Source: Lachnospiraceae bacterium
GTDB lineage: Bacteria > Bacillota > Clostridia > Lachnospirales > Lachnospiraceae
NCBI GenBank assembly: GCA_017546025.1
Contig: JAFYYS010000035.1
Span: forward strand, 27,809 to 91,808
DNA length: 64,000 bases
Direction of reading: 5' to 3'
In this document: in pieces, positions 47,095-56,896 of the stretch
How the letters are laid out: each line of letters starts with the position of its first letter
Position numbering within the stretch: position 1 is the stretch's first letter
Program-made: the position numbers and the translations under genes
The notes under the pieces: model-generated
Database searches by the model: none
Seen by the model: the letters and a program-made list of their open reading frames with translations, nothing else
Told to the model about the DNA's origin: nothing

Positions 47095-50000
47095 ATGATA
47101 AAATCTAGACTTCAGATACGAAGGGAATCCTTCCTTCCGGTATTGGCCGTCATTGTTTCTGTATTTGCCGTGGCGATGCTGATTCTGGAGTGGGAGGCGG
47201 GAAGCGGCGGAACGAAAGTATTGATTGCCGATCCGTTTAAGGCAGACGTTCTGAACGGAATCGGATGGATCTTACAGCTGGTCGGAACCGTCGCCCTGAT
47301 CATCTTCCTGTTTGTAAAAGGAAGAACTTCCCTGATGACGCTTTTGATCCCCGTTTCGGTGTATGCAGTCGGAATGGTGCTCCGTTCGATGGTGGAAGGC
47401 GGGCTTTGGATTTTCCTCGCAATCATCTTTCTGATTGGCTGGTCATTCTGGCTGGCAGTGAGCGGGGAGACCGACGGAACCAAATGGCTGGCCATCGGGA
47501 TCTGCATTCTCGGTACGGTGGTGACCGTGCTGCTGTGCATTCCGGGTATTTCCGATTTTGTGGCGGGGCTGTTCAAGGGGTACCGCCCGTACCTGTACCG
47601 CACGGAACAGGCGGCAGGGCTGCCCGACCGTCAGATTTGGAACGTATCCTATCTTATACATGAGATTTCATTTCTCTGTGTCATTTTCCTCATTCTTTGT
47701 TCCACCACCCGCCAGTACGCGGTGGAGGAAGCAGAGGAAGGAAAGACCGCCGGAGAAGGTGAAGGACAGGAGGGTGACGACGTGAAGAAGAAAAAGAAAC
47801 ATCAGGAAGCGGCAAGCAGTTCCGAAGATCCTTTTGAGTCCATGAAGAAGCTGTACAGCAACATGGACAGTGCGTCGGAATCCGATGACAGGAAGGGTAA
47901 GAAGGGCAAGGACAAGGAAAAGGACAAGCCGCACACGCCGGAATACCATTCGCTGAAGTCTGAGGAGCCCGTGAAAGCCGAGGAACCGAAGGAGGAAGTG
48001 AAGGAGGAACGTGAAGCGGCAGAGCCCGAGCGCGTGACCGACGCCGAGCCGGTAATCACCGTTCCGGTGAGCGGTTCCCGCCTGCAGAAGTCCTTAAAGG
48101 AAGAAATCGTTTACGACCGCGATCAGAAGTTAGAGCACAGAAATGTAGTCCGTGCCTTCTCGGTCATCGGTATGGCGGTAAGCTTTTTGATGATGGTTGC
48201 CGGCATTCTGATGGTAACCGAAGTGGTCAAGCTCGATTACGGGACCATCTGCGGCATCATGCTGATTGCCATCGGTGTTGCCCTGTTCTGTGTATTCGGT
48301 AACAACGTTACTTATAAAGAATACTACATGAAGACCATCGTTACGGAACGAAAGGTTGTTCATGAGGAAAGCAACTGGGAAGAAGTTCTCGCCAACCGTT
48401 TGGAGGAGGACGAGAAGAGCATCGCAAGTCTGTCCGAGACATACGCCCGCATGACGGAGATGTATGCAAAGCTGTTGGCGTCAACCGCGGAACTCTCGAA
48501 TACTGTGAAGGCGCTCGGAATGAGGGCGCAGGAAACGCCGATTCTTCCGGCTGCCGAGGAGGTTGTCGAGACCGCGGCCGAAGAGGTCAGCATGCCGGCC
48601 GACGAACCCGTTACGCTGGCTTCGCAGGAGGATGAGATCGCCCGCCTCAGAGAAGCACTTCGGGCGATGGATGAAGATGATAACGAACGCACCGAGCGTG
48701 AAGCCCGTGCCCGTGAGCAGGCTGTAGCCGCAAAGGCAGCCCGTGAGCAGGAAGAGGCCAGACTCGCAGCCGAGGAAGCTGCCAGAATCGAAGCCGAGGC
48801 AATCGCCCTTGCGGAAGCGGAAGCGAAGCGCGCCGAGGAAGAGGCACAGCGGATTGCCGAGCAGCAGAGACTGGAAGCCGAAGAAGCAGCACGCGCTGCT
48901 GAAGAAGCCAGACGTGCCGAAGAAGAAAGACTTGCCGCTGAGGAAGCAGCCCGTGCCGCCGAGGAAGAAAGAAAGGCCGAGGCCGCCAGACTTGCAGCCG
49001 AAGAGGAAGCAAGAAGAGCTGAGGAAGAGGCAAGAATCGCTGCCGAAGAAGAAGCAAGAAGAGCCGAGGAAGAGGCCAGACTTGCAGCTGAAGAGGAAGC
49101 AAGAAGAATTGAAGAAGAAAGACTCGCTGCTGAGGAAGCAGCCCGCGTAGCCGAGGAAGCAAGAAAGGCTGAGGAAGCCCGGATTGCAGCCGAGGAGGAG
49201 GCGAGAAAGGCCGAGGAGGCAAGACTTGCAGCCGAAGAAGAAGCGAGACTTGCTGCTGCCGAAGAGGCCGCGATTACCGAAGAGCCGCAAAGCGTTACCG
49301 GGAACCTGTCCGATCATTATGATAAGGACGAGATGGCCAAGGCTTACGAAGAGGCTATGGCTGAGGGCTTCCTTCCGGAAGACTTCGCAGACAGCTTCCG
49401 TCAGGATTTCAGAAAGCCGATTGAGCCGGTTATTTTCGAAGGTTATGAAGAATACGCCGACGCCATCCGGGAGACGACGCCCGGCATGATGCAGAAGACC
49501 GAGGAGCCCGCTCCGGAGATTACCGAAGAGCCTGAGATTGAGGCGGTTGAAGAGATCACGGAAGAACCTGAGATTGAGCCCGAAGCTGAAACGGTTGAAG
49601 AACCTGTTATCGAGGCAGCTGAGGAGGTTGAAGCGGAACCTGAAATCGAGGTTGCTGAGGAGCCTGAAGCCGAGCCCGAAATCGAGGCGGTTGAAGAGCC
49701 GATCATTGAAGCAGTTGAAGAACCCGAGATTGAGCCTGTGGCTGAGGCGGTTGAAGAGCCTGCTGAGGAGCCCGAGGTCGAAGCATCGGAAGACATTAAC
49801 CCGAACGAGTCGCTTCTTTCGGAGCTGTTCTCCGAGAAGAAGGCAGAGCCCCAGGCACCGAGCTTTTTCAACAACGCATTCTACGCATCGCTCAGCGATG
49901 ACACGCCGATTGTGCAGAACGCATATGGCGCAGAGGAACAGAGCACCGAGGCTGAACCCGAGCCGATTTTCAATCCGTTTGAAGAAGAGCCCGAACCGAT

Positions 50001-50697
50001 TTTCAATCCGTTTGAAGGCGAGGACGACGAGCCTTATACCGATTATCCTTCCGACGAGCCGAAGTTCGAAGATGAGCCGGCCTATCCGGAGGATGAGGAC
50101 GACGAAGACATTACGGATTTGCCGGAAAGCACCGAAAGAAAGATCATTGAAAACTTTGTTTTGCCGACCTTCCGCGGTTCGGGATTTGAAACACCCGAAG
50201 ACAGCGAGGAGGAAGAGGAAGAAGATCCTTACTTCAATCCGAACGGTTACAAGATGAAGTCCTTCACCAAGAAGAAAGACCTCTCCTGGCTGAAAGAAGA
50301 CGACGACGATGACGACTTCGGAAAGCCGGTCGGACCGCAGGCAGAAGCCAAGACGGAAGAGCCCGCCGCTCCGATGGACGAAGAGCCTGAGGCCCCGATG
50401 GATGAAGAGCCCGAAATTCCGATGGATGAGGAACCGGAGCTTCCGATGGACGAGGAGCCGGAGCTTCCGATGGATGAAGAGCCTGATCTCCCGATGGATG
50501 ACGAGCCTGAAATCCCGATGGATGACGAGCCCGAGCTTCCGATGGAAGCTGAGCCGGACCTTCCGGCAGGGGAAACCGAGGACAAGGTTGCACCTGCATC
50601 GGAGGACGAAAAGGAGCGAATCAGAAAGCTTCAGGAAAGACTTGAGGAGATTCGCCGCCGAAACAGCGAAATGACATTTGACGACTTAGAACTGTAA
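47095..50697 (+). CDS. Large polytopic membrane protein with a long acidic/coiled-coil low-complexity C-terminal region (1200 aa)
   Basis: ATG 47095 lies 8 nt after GGAGG. About 6 N-terminal TMs and a second TM pair near aa 345-400 precede Glu/Ala/Arg heptad-like repeats, an [10 protein letters not shown] array, 8 x PMDEEPEx, and the tail [17 protein letters not shown]. Confidence 0.8.
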   Translation: MIKSRLQIRRESFLPVLAVIVSVFAVAMLILEWEAGSGGTKVLIADPFKADVLNGIGWILQLVGTVALIIFLFVKGRTSLMTLLIPVSVYAVGMVLRSMVEGGLWIFLAIIFLIGWSFWLAVSGETDGTKWLAIGICILGTVVTVLLCIPGISDFVAGLFKGYRPYLYRTEQAAGLPDRQIWNVSYLIHEISFLCVIFLILCSTTRQYAVEEAEEGKTAGEGEGQEGDDVKKKKKHQEAASSSEDPFESMKKLYSNMDSASESDDRKGKKGKDKEKDKPHTPEYHSLKSEEPVKAEEPKEEVKEEREAAEPERVTDAEPVITVPVSGSRLQKSLKEEIVYDRDQKLEHRNVVRAFSVIGMAVSFLMMVAGILMVTEVVKLDYGTICGIMLIAIGVALFCVFGNNVTYKEYYMKTIVTERKVVHEESNWEEVLANRLEEDEKSIASLSETYARMTEMYAKLLASTAELSNTVKALGMRAQETPILPAAEEVVETAAEEVSMPADEPVTLASQEDEIARLREALRAMDEDDNERTEREARAREQAVAAKAAREQEEARLAAEEAARIEAEAIALAEAEAKRAEEEAQRIAEQQRLEAEEAARAAEEARRAEEERLAAEEAARAAEEERKAEAARLAAEEEARRAEEEARIAAEEEARRAEEEARLAAEEEARRIEEERLAAEEAARVAEEARKAEEARIAAEEEARKAEEARLAAEEEARLAAAEEAAITEEPQSVTGNLSDHYDKDEMAKAYEEAMAEGFLPEDFADSFRQDFRKPIEPVIFEGYEEYADAIRETTPGMMQKTEEPAPEITEEPEIEAVEEITEEPEIEPEAETVEEPVIEAAEEVEAEPEIEVAEEPEAEPEIEAVEEPIIEAVEEPEIEPVAEAVEEPAEEPEVEASEDINPNESLLSELFSEKKAEPQAPSFFNNAFYASLSDDTPIVQNAYGAEEQSTEAEPEPIFNPFEEEPEPIFNPFEGEDDEPYTDYPSDEPKFEDEPAYPEDEDDEDITDLPESTERKIIENFVLPTFRGSGFETPEDSEEEEEEDPYFNPNGYKMKSFTKKKDLSWLKEDDDDDDFGKPVGPQAEAKTEEPAAPMDEEPEAPMDEEPEIPMDEEPELPMDEEPELPMDEEPDLPMDDEPEIPMDDEPELPMEAEPDLPAGETEDKVAPASEDEKERIRKLQERLEEIRRRNSEMTFDDLEL
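48700..49275 (+). repeat. Degenerate GAA/GCC-rich coding repeats ([15 protein letters not shown]... region)
   Basis: Read from the translation. All six frames stay open here, which explains the many overlapping ORF-track entries. Confidence 0.85.
50371..50562 (+). repeat. 8 x 24-nt tandem coding repeat (CCGATGGAYGARGAGCCNGARNTN; PMDEEPEx)
   Basis: Units start at 50371 and recur every 24 nt through 50539. Confidence 0.9.
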
Positions 50698-50708
50698 GCC
50701 GAAACGAA

Positions 50709-50741
50709 ACAAGGGACTGCATCAACAGTCCCTTGTTTTTC
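50709..50741 (+). terminator. Rho-independent terminator of the 1200-aa gene
   Basis: ACAAGGGACTG / CAGTCCCTTGT stem followed by TTTTT. Confidence 0.85.
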
Positions 50742-50778
50742 TCTGATGGCAAATGCCACGCCCCTACGAACAAAAAAG

Positions 50779-50814
50779 AAGAGCTGCTGCATATTGTGCA
50801 ACAGCTCTTTTTGC
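50779..50814. terminator. Bidirectional terminator hairpin
   Basis: AAGAGCTGCTGC...GCAACAGCTCTT with an A-run before and a T-run after. It serves the minus-strand gene at 50830-51177. Confidence 0.7.
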
Positions 50815-50829
50815 TGTGATCAGAATGAA

Positions 50830-51177
50830 TCAGTTGAAGTCGGTATAGATGGTATCCAACTCGCCGTCACCGGTCGTGTCGGTCAGAACCGTGTCAACCT
50901 CGCCGTCACCGGTCGTATCCAGAAGGACGGTATCAATCTTGCCGTCGCCGGTCGTGTCCATCATGAACGTATCGATGTTGCCGTCGCCGGTGCGATCGGA
51001 AACATAAACGGGATTCTCATCGCCCACAACAGGGTCCTTCTCGAAGATGTCTTCCTCATCATTGCCCTCGGTAAAATCCTGCTTCTCAAACCGCTTCCGG
51101 TTGATGATGCGGATAGCGGCGTAAATTCCGGCCAGAACACCGATAACCCCAATGATATATCCAATCAGTTTCTTCAT
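50830..51177 (-). CDS. Small single-TM protein with four 13-aa DTTGDGxxDTxxx repeats (Ca-binding-loop-like)
   Basis: N-terminal TM LIGYIIGVIGVLAGIYAAI, then DRTGDGNIDTFMM / DTTGDGKIDTVLL / DTTGDGEVDTVLT / DTTGDGELDTIYT. AAAGAGG RBS. Confidence 0.7.
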   Translation of the reverse strand: MKKLIGYIIGVIGVLAGIYAAIRIINRKRFEKQDFTEGNDEEDIFEKDPVVGDENPVYVSDRTGDGNIDTFMMDTTGDGKIDTVLLDTTGDGEVDTVLTDTTGDGELDTIYTDFN

Positions 51178-51360
51178 CCCAGTACCTCTTTCCGCGTTTT
51201 CAGACGCTCATAGTGGATAAAGTATACCAAAAAGGAGAAAAAAATGCAACGGATTTTCGTTTTCCGTTGCACAATTCCCTTCGGGCAAGTATAATATTTT
51301 TCATAGACATTTGCGTCGCGCGGGAAGGCGCGCCGCAAAGCGCGAAAACGGAGGATTGGG

Positions 51361-52242
51361 ATGAAAAACAGCAAGACATGGATCGGCATAGCATTTTGCA
51401 TCATTCTCGGTTTGGTACTGCTGATTCCGGCATGGAAGGACTATCGGAGTCTGAAGACGGCACCGGATGTTTCCACACTCAAGGAATCGGATTATGAGGA
51501 CGGGCTGATGGTTCGCGGTCATGCAGACATGGTATTTGCCTGCTACTGCGGTCAGTACGACGATAACAATAACGAAGTGTTCCGCTGGTACCTCGTTCCG
51601 GCGCAGGACGACCTGACGCCTTTGTATCTCGGAATCAAGGTCAATTCCAAGTTGTACGAAAGCTACGATATGATTTACGACTCCACCTGGGATTATCTTG
51701 AGCACAAGACGGACGCGCTGACGAAGACAATCAGCTTCCAGGGCAGACTGAAGAAGGTGGACGGAGATGTCGAGAGATATCTGGACAAGTTCATTAACGA
51801 CTACGAGACAAAGCCCGACTATTTCGTACGCTACTATGTTGAGCTGAAGACGACGAAGGCTTCCTTCGGTCTGATGATTGCGGGCGGCGTATTCCTCCTG
51901 ATCGGCGTCATCATGATCATCCTCGGTTTTGTAAACGACAAGAAGGACAAACGCATGGAGGCTGAAACGGAGCAGTTCTATGCGAGCACCCCCTGGTCCG
52001 GCGGCTTCTCGCTCGTACTTGACAATCAGGAGCTTGACCGCATGTCGGCATCGAGACAGCCCGTGGCACCCAGAAAGCCGTCCTATGATGTGACAAATGC
52101 GACCCCGGCCGCGCCTGTTTCGGCTGACCCCGTAACGGAACCGACCGTTCCGGATGTACCCGCTTCCGCGGAGACGGAATCCGAAAACGAAACGCAGAAG
52201 CCTGCGCAGGACTCGGACAACAATGATATTTTCGTATTATAA
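51361..52242 (+). CDS. Hypothetical two-TM membrane protein with a Pro/Thr/Ala-rich tail
   Basis: ATG after GGAGGA. TM helices at the N-terminus (WIGIAFCIILGLVLLIP) and mid-protein (FGLMIAGGVFLLIGVIMIILGF). Confidence 0.7.
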   Translation: MKNSKTWIGIAFCIILGLVLLIPAWKDYRSLKTAPDVSTLKESDYEDGLMVRGHADMVFACYCGQYDDNNNEVFRWYLVPAQDDLTPLYLGIKVNSKLYESYDMIYDSTWDYLEHKTDALTKTISFQGRLKKVDGDVERYLDKFINDYETKPDYFVRYYVELKTTKASFGLMIAGGVFLLIGVIMIILGFVNDKKDKRMEAETEQFYASTPWSGGFSLVLDNQELDRMSASRQPVAPRKPSYDVTNATPAAPVSADPVTEPTVPDVPASAETESENETQKPAQDSDNNDIFVL

Positions 52243-52275
52243 GTAACGCAGAAATAAAACTACAGGAGCAAAAGA

Positions 52276-53163
52276 ATGTATCGGATCATTTCCAAAACGG
52301 AGCCCGCAGCCAACATTTTCACGATGGTTGTGGAAGCACCCCGCGTGGCGAAAAACTGCCTGCCGGGACAGTTTATCATCCTTCGTGTAGACGAGGAAGG
52401 CGAGCGGATTCCGCTTACCATATGTGACTATGACCGCGAAGCAGGCACGATTACAATCGTGTTCCAGATTGTCGGTGCGTCGAGCCTCAGACTTTCGAAG
52501 GTACAGGCAGGAGAAGAGGTCGCCGATTTCGTGGGACCGCTCGGAAAGCCGTCCGAATTCTGTGAGACTCCGATTGAAGAACTCAAACAGAAGAGTATCC
52601 TTTTTGTAGCCGGCGGTGTCGGAACCGCACCGGTGTATCCGCAGGTCAAGTGGCTTAAGGAGCACGGTGTGCCGTCCGATGTCATCATCGGCGCGAAGAA
52701 TAAGGATTTTGTCATTCTCGAAGAAGAGATGAAGGCTGTTGCAGCCAATGTATACGTTACGACCGATGACGGCTCCTACGGCCGCTCCGGTATGGTTACG
52801 AAGTGCATTGAGGACCTGATTGCAGAAGGAAAGCATTACGATGTCTGCGTCGCCATTGGTCCGATGATCATGATGAAATTCTGCGCCCTGACGACGAAGA
52901 AATACGGCATCAAAACCGTTGTTTCCATGAACCCGATCATGGTGGACGGAACCGGCATGTGCGGCGGCTGCCGTCTGAGTGTCGGCGGTGAGGTGAAATT
53001 TGCCTGTGTGGACGGCCCTGAGTTTGACGGCCATCTCGTGGATTTCGACCAGGCCATGAAGCGCGCGCAGCAGTATAAGACGGCAGAGGGCCGCGCTTAT
53101 CTGAAGGAGAAGGAAGGCAATACGCACCATGGGGGATGCGGAAACTGCGGAGGTGAAGAGTAA
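52276..53163 (+). CDS. nfnA: NADH-dependent reduced ferredoxin:NADP oxidoreductase subunit A-like (FAD/NAD-binding, 2Fe-2S)
   Basis: GQFIILRVDEEGERIPLT (FAD-binding barrel), the GGVGTAP NAD motif, and the C-terminal GMCGGCRL...FACVDGPEF cluster motif. Confidence 0.8.
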   Translation: MYRIISKTEPAANIFTMVVEAPRVAKNCLPGQFIILRVDEEGERIPLTICDYDREAGTITIVFQIVGASSLRLSKVQAGEEVADFVGPLGKPSEFCETPIEELKQKSILFVAGGVGTAPVYPQVKWLKEHGVPSDVIIGAKNKDFVILEEEMKAVAANVYVTTDDGSYGRSGMVTKCIEDLIAEGKHYDVCVAIGPMIMMKFCALTTKKYGIKTVVSMNPIMVDGTGMCGGCRLSVGGEVKFACVDGPEFDGHLVDFDQAMKRAQQYKTAEGRAYLKEKEGNTHHGGCGNCGGEE

Positions 53164-54554
53164 TGGGTGATCCGATGAAGAAGGTGCCGGTCCGCGAGCA
53201 GGACCCGAAGGTGCGTGCGACGAATTTTGAAGAAGTATGCCTCGGTTATGATGCAGAAGAAGCAGTTGCGGAAGCAAGCCGCTGCCTGACCTGCAAGAAG
53301 CCGCTTTGTGTAGAGGGCTGCCCGGTTAACATCAACATTCCGGGTTTCATTTCCTATGTGAAAAGCGGTGAATTCGAAAAGGCTTATGCCGTCATCAGTG
53401 AGTCGAGCTCGCTGCCGTCGGTTTGCGGCCGCGTATGTCCGCAGGAGCGCCAGTGCGAAGGCAAATGCATCCGCGGCATCAAGGGCGAATCCATCGCCAT
53501 CGGCAAGCTGGAACGCTTTGTCGGGGACACGGCAAGGGCAGAGGGATGGAAGCCTACTACAGCTGTAGAACAAAACGGCCGGAAGGTGGCTGTCATCGGT
53601 TCCGGTCCTGCCGGATTGACCTGTGCGGGCGACCTCGCAAAGCTCGGTTACAGCGTAACGATTTTCGAAGCGCTTCATAAACCCGGCGGTGTACTTGTTT
53701 ACGGCATTCCGGAGTTCCGTCTTCCGAAGGACGGCGTTGTGATTCCGGAGATTGAGAATATCAAAAAGCTCGGCGTGGAAATCGAGACCAATGTCATCGT
53801 CGGCAAATCCGTGACGATTGACCAGCTCATTAATGACGAGGGCTTTGAAGCTGTATTTGTCGGCTCCGGCGCAGGACTTCCGAAGTTCATGGGAATCCCC
53901 GGCGAGCAGGCAAACGGCGTTTATTCCGCCAATGAGTATCTCACAAGAAGCAATCTGATGAAGGCCTTTGCCGAGGACAGCGATACGCCGATCATGCGTG
54001 CCAAATGTGTGGCTGTTGTCGGCGGCGGCAACGTTGCGATGGATGCGGCCAGAACCGCGCTCCGTCTCGGTGCCGAGACGCATATCGTATACAGAAGAAG
54101 CGAAGCAGAACTTCCGGCCCGTGCGGAGGAAGTTCATCACGCGAAGGAAGAAGGCATTGTCTTCGACCTTCTTTGCAATCCCGAAGAGATCCTGGTCGAC
54201 GAGAACGGCTGGGTAAAGGGCATCCGCTGCATCCGCATGGAGCTCGGTGAGCCCGATGCCTCCGGACGCCGCAGTCCCGTGGAGATTCCCGGCTCGCAGT
54301 TCGTCATCGATGCCGACATGGTCATCATGGCGCTCGGAACGAGCCCGAACCCGCTTCTCACGAGCACGACCAAGGGTCTTGATGTCAACCGCCGCGGCGG
54401 CCTCATCATCAATGAGGAATCGTGCATGACGACAAGAGACGGCGTATTTGCCGGCGGCGATGCCGTTACCGGCGCCGCCACCGTCATCCTTGCCATGGGC
54501 GCAGGCAAAGCCGCTGCAAAGGGAATTGATGAATATCTGAGAGCGAAAGCGTAA
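53163..54554 (+). CDS. nfnB: NfnB / glutamate-synthase small-chain-like NADPH oxidoreductase
   Basis: CLTCKKPLCVEGCPV and CGRVCPQERQCEGKC clusters, VAVIGSGPAGLTCAGDL and VVGGGNVAMDAAR dinucleotide folds. The start overlaps the nfnA stop. Confidence 0.85.
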   Translation: MGDPMKKVPVREQDPKVRATNFEEVCLGYDAEEAVAEASRCLTCKKPLCVEGCPVNINIPGFISYVKSGEFEKAYAVISESSSLPSVCGRVCPQERQCEGKCIRGIKGESIAIGKLERFVGDTARAEGWKPTTAVEQNGRKVAVIGSGPAGLTCAGDLAKLGYSVTIFEALHKPGGVLVYGIPEFRLPKDGVVIPEIENIKKLGVEIETNVIVGKSVTIDQLINDEGFEAVFVGSGAGLPKFMGIPGEQANGVYSANEYLTRSNLMKAFAEDSDTPIMRAKCVAVVGGGNVAMDAARTALRLGAETHIVYRRSEAELPARAEEVHHAKEEGIVFDLLCNPEEILVDENGWVKGIRCIRMELGEPDASGRRSPVEIPGSQFVIDADMVIMALGTSPNPLLTSTTKGLDVNRRGGLIINEESCMTTRDGVFAGGDAVTGAATVILAMGAGKAAAKGIDEYLRAKA

Positions 54555-54602
54555 AGCATCACATTTTCCGCAATACAATTTTATATGAGGGAGGTACAGC
54601 TT

Positions 54603-56702
54603 ATGTACTATATCATTCTTTCGGTTGCCGTGCTGGTCATGCTGTATGTCATGGTGACGTATGTAAGGATTAAGAAAATGCCCGAGGGCACTCCCATGAT
54701 GATGAAACTGGCCGGGATTATACGCGGCGGTTCGAAAACGTTTCTTAAGATTCAGTTTCGGACAGTCGCCGTTGTTGTTGTGTTCCTGGCCATTGTTTTT
54801 TCTCTGTTCATTGAGACGTGGAGCGGCCTGACATTCCTTCTCGGAGCGACGATGAGCTCGGCGGTATGCATTCTCGGCATGCACAGCGCGACGCATGCAA
54901 ATGTGCGCACGACCGACCGCGCGCGGAACACGTTCTCGGTCGGCGAAACCGTGAAAGTGGCGCTGATGGGCGGAAGCATTTCCGGCCTTGCCGTGCAGGC
55001 TTGCGGAACGTTCGGCCTTGTACTGATTCTCTGCATCCGCGGCGGCGTGGATCCGGCTGCATCCGGCTACGGACTGATTAAGCTGTCCGCCTGCAATCCG
55101 ACGATCATGATGACGACCACGTACGCGCTCGGCTGTTCCATCGTGGCGATGTTCAACCGTGTATCGGGCGGTAACTTCACGAAGGCTGCGGACATCTCGG
55201 CGGATATCCTCGCGAAGGTAAGGCACGACATGCCGGAGGATGACCACCGCGTGCCGAACGTCATGGCCGACTTCTGCGGCGACAACGTAAACGATATTGC
55301 GGGTAACTGTTCAGACCTTCTTGAGAGCTACGTTGCAACGATTGCGGCAACGCTTGCGATTGCGGTTTCCATATTCAATAAATCCGAAACGGTTGCGAAG
55401 AGCCTGTTTGACGCGACGGTGCTCTTCCCGATTCTTCTCGCGGGCTGCGGCCTTTTGAGCTGCCTGATCGGAATCATCATCGTAACCGTCCGGAAGATGA
55501 GTGACAACCCGTCTAAGGAGCTCGACCTTGCAACCTACATTTCCGCGGGTCTCACGATGCTCGGCGGCCTCGGAATTTCCTATTATGTATTTGCGGGCGA
55601 AGAGCTTTATGACAGCTTTAAGCTCGGCTGGGTATCCCCGTTCATTGCAGCGCTTCTCGGCATCGCCGTCGGCGTGGCCATCGGTAAGATTACCGAGTTC
55701 TATACCTCGGGCGATTACAAGCCGACCAAGGGTGTGGCCGCCAGCTCTCCTGAAGGTCCTGCTTTCCTCGTTACGTTAGGCGACGCACTCGGAAGCAGAA
55801 GTGTTCTGGTTCCGTGCCTCTGCATCGCGCTTGCAACATTTGCTTCGTTTAAGATTTGCGGCATCTACGGAATTTCAATCGCCGCACTCGGCATGCTTTC
55901 GTTCGTCGGCACGACGGTTTCAATCGATGCCTTCGGTCCGATTTCCGACAACGCGGGCGGTCTCGCGGAAGCGTGCGAACTCGACCCGAAATGCCGTGAG
56001 ATTACCGATAAGCTGGATGCCGTGGGAAATACGACCGCAGCCATCGGTAAGGGCTTTGCCATCGGTTCCGCGGCGCTTGCGACGGTTTCCTGGATTACCT
56101 CGTTCGTCAGCGGATATTCCTCGGGCGAACCGGTTCTCAACATCGCATCCGCCGTTGTCATGTCCGGTGCGATCATCGGCGTTGCCTTGGTCGAATACTT
56201 CTCGGCGATGCTTACGAAAAATACGATTGACTCCGCGGTTCTGATGGCCGACGAAGGCGAGCGGCAGCTTAATGGCATCCTTGCCGGAACGGCAGAGCCG
56301 GATTACAACCGCTGCATCGAGCTGGCAACCAGAGAAGCGTTAAAGAAGATGACGGTTCCGTCCACAATTGCCATCTTCGTACCGATTGTCGGAGGACTTT
56401 TGTTCGGCCTTGAATTTGTCGGTGGCGTGCTGATCGGCTCGACGCTTGCAGCCATCCCGAAAGCAATCTTCATGGGTAACTCCGGCGGCGCGTTCGATAA
56501 CGCGAAGAAGTACATTGAGGGCGGCAACCTCGAAGGCCACGGAAAAGGCTCCGCGGCCCACAAGGCAGCCGTCATCGGCGACACCATCGGCGACACCCGT
56601 AAGGACGTTGTCGGTGTAGCACTCGACATCTTCATCAAGATGATGAGCACGGTAGCCAACACACTCGTTTCGGTGCTTCGGAATGTGGCGCTGTTTAAGT
56701 AA
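54603..56702 (+). CDS. hppA: Membrane-integral ion-translocating pyrophosphatase
   Basis: GDNVNDIAG, DAVGNTTAAIGKGFAIGSAALA, GGAFDNAKKYIE and DTIGDTRKD motifs. GNTTAA (Ala rather than Lys) suggests the K+-dependent subfamily. ATG 54603 lies 8 nt after GAGGGAGG. Confidence 0.92.
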   Translation: MYYIILSVAVLVMLYVMVTYVRIKKMPEGTPMMMKLAGIIRGGSKTFLKIQFRTVAVVVVFLAIVFSLFIETWSGLTFLLGATMSSAVCILGMHSATHANVRTTDRARNTFSVGETVKVALMGGSISGLAVQACGTFGLVLILCIRGGVDPAASGYGLIKLSACNPTIMMTTTYALGCSIVAMFNRVSGGNFTKAADISADILAKVRHDMPEDDHRVPNVMADFCGDNVNDIAGNCSDLLESYVATIAATLAIAVSIFNKSETVAKSLFDATVLFPILLAGCGLLSCLIGIIIVTVRKMSDNPSKELDLATYISAGLTMLGGLGISYYVFAGEELYDSFKLGWVSPFIAALLGIAVGVAIGKITEFYTSGDYKPTKGVAASSPEGPAFLVTLGDALGSRSVLVPCLCIALATFASFKICGIYGISIAALGMLSFVGTTVSIDAFGPISDNAGGLAEACELDPKCREITDKLDAVGNTTAAIGKGFAIGSAALATVSWITSFVSGYSSGEPVLNIASAVVMSGAIIGVALVEYFSAMLTKNTIDSAVLMADEGERQLNGILAGTAEPDYNRCIELATREALKKMTVPSTIAIFVPIVGGLLFGLEFVGGVLIGSTLAAIPKAIFMGNSGGAFDNAKKYIEGGNLEGHGKGSAAHKAAVIGDTIGDTRKDVVGVALDIFIKMMSTVANTLVSVLRNVALFK

Positions 56703-56717
56703 AAGAGATTTTTCGGA

Positions 56718-56749
56718 AAGGGGCACGTCAAAAAGACGCGCCCCTTTTT
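56718..56749 (+). terminator. Terminator after hppA
   Basis: AAGGGGCACGTC-aaaaa-GACGCGCCCCTT imperfect hairpin followed by TTTTT. A TTGACA-17-GATAAT promoter follows at 56759-56787. Confidence 0.7.
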
Positions 56750-56896
56750 CACATTTTTTTGACAGGATTCTCCCTTCACCGGATAATATATTCTATGTTC
56801 AACCGATAGAAAATCCGATACAATGTTATCATACAGGAAAGCGTTGTATACACACGGCAGGTTGTGCCGGAGATTATGTCCGAAAGGGGTTTACAC

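Noticed and set aside
48481-49317. Several overlapping ORFs in other frames and strands across the GAA/GCC repeat region (for example 48481-49317, 48647-49222 and 48743-49150).
   Set aside because: The periodic purine-rich repeat keeps all frames free of stops. Only the + frame of 47095-50697 is continuous with the flanking membrane and C-terminal domains.
50746-51213. 155-aa + strand ORF opposite the small Ca-loop-repeat gene.
   Set aside because: It would have to read through the bidirectional terminator hairpin at 50779-50814, and it has no RBS. The minus-strand ORF has AAAGAGG plus ATG, an N-terminal TM and a clean repeat structure.
53097-55247. 716-aa ORF on the minus strand.
   Set aside because: It is antisense to nfnB and hppA, both unambiguous on the + strand. 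It spans an intergenic gap and two genes, with a low-complexity Arg/Ala/His composition.
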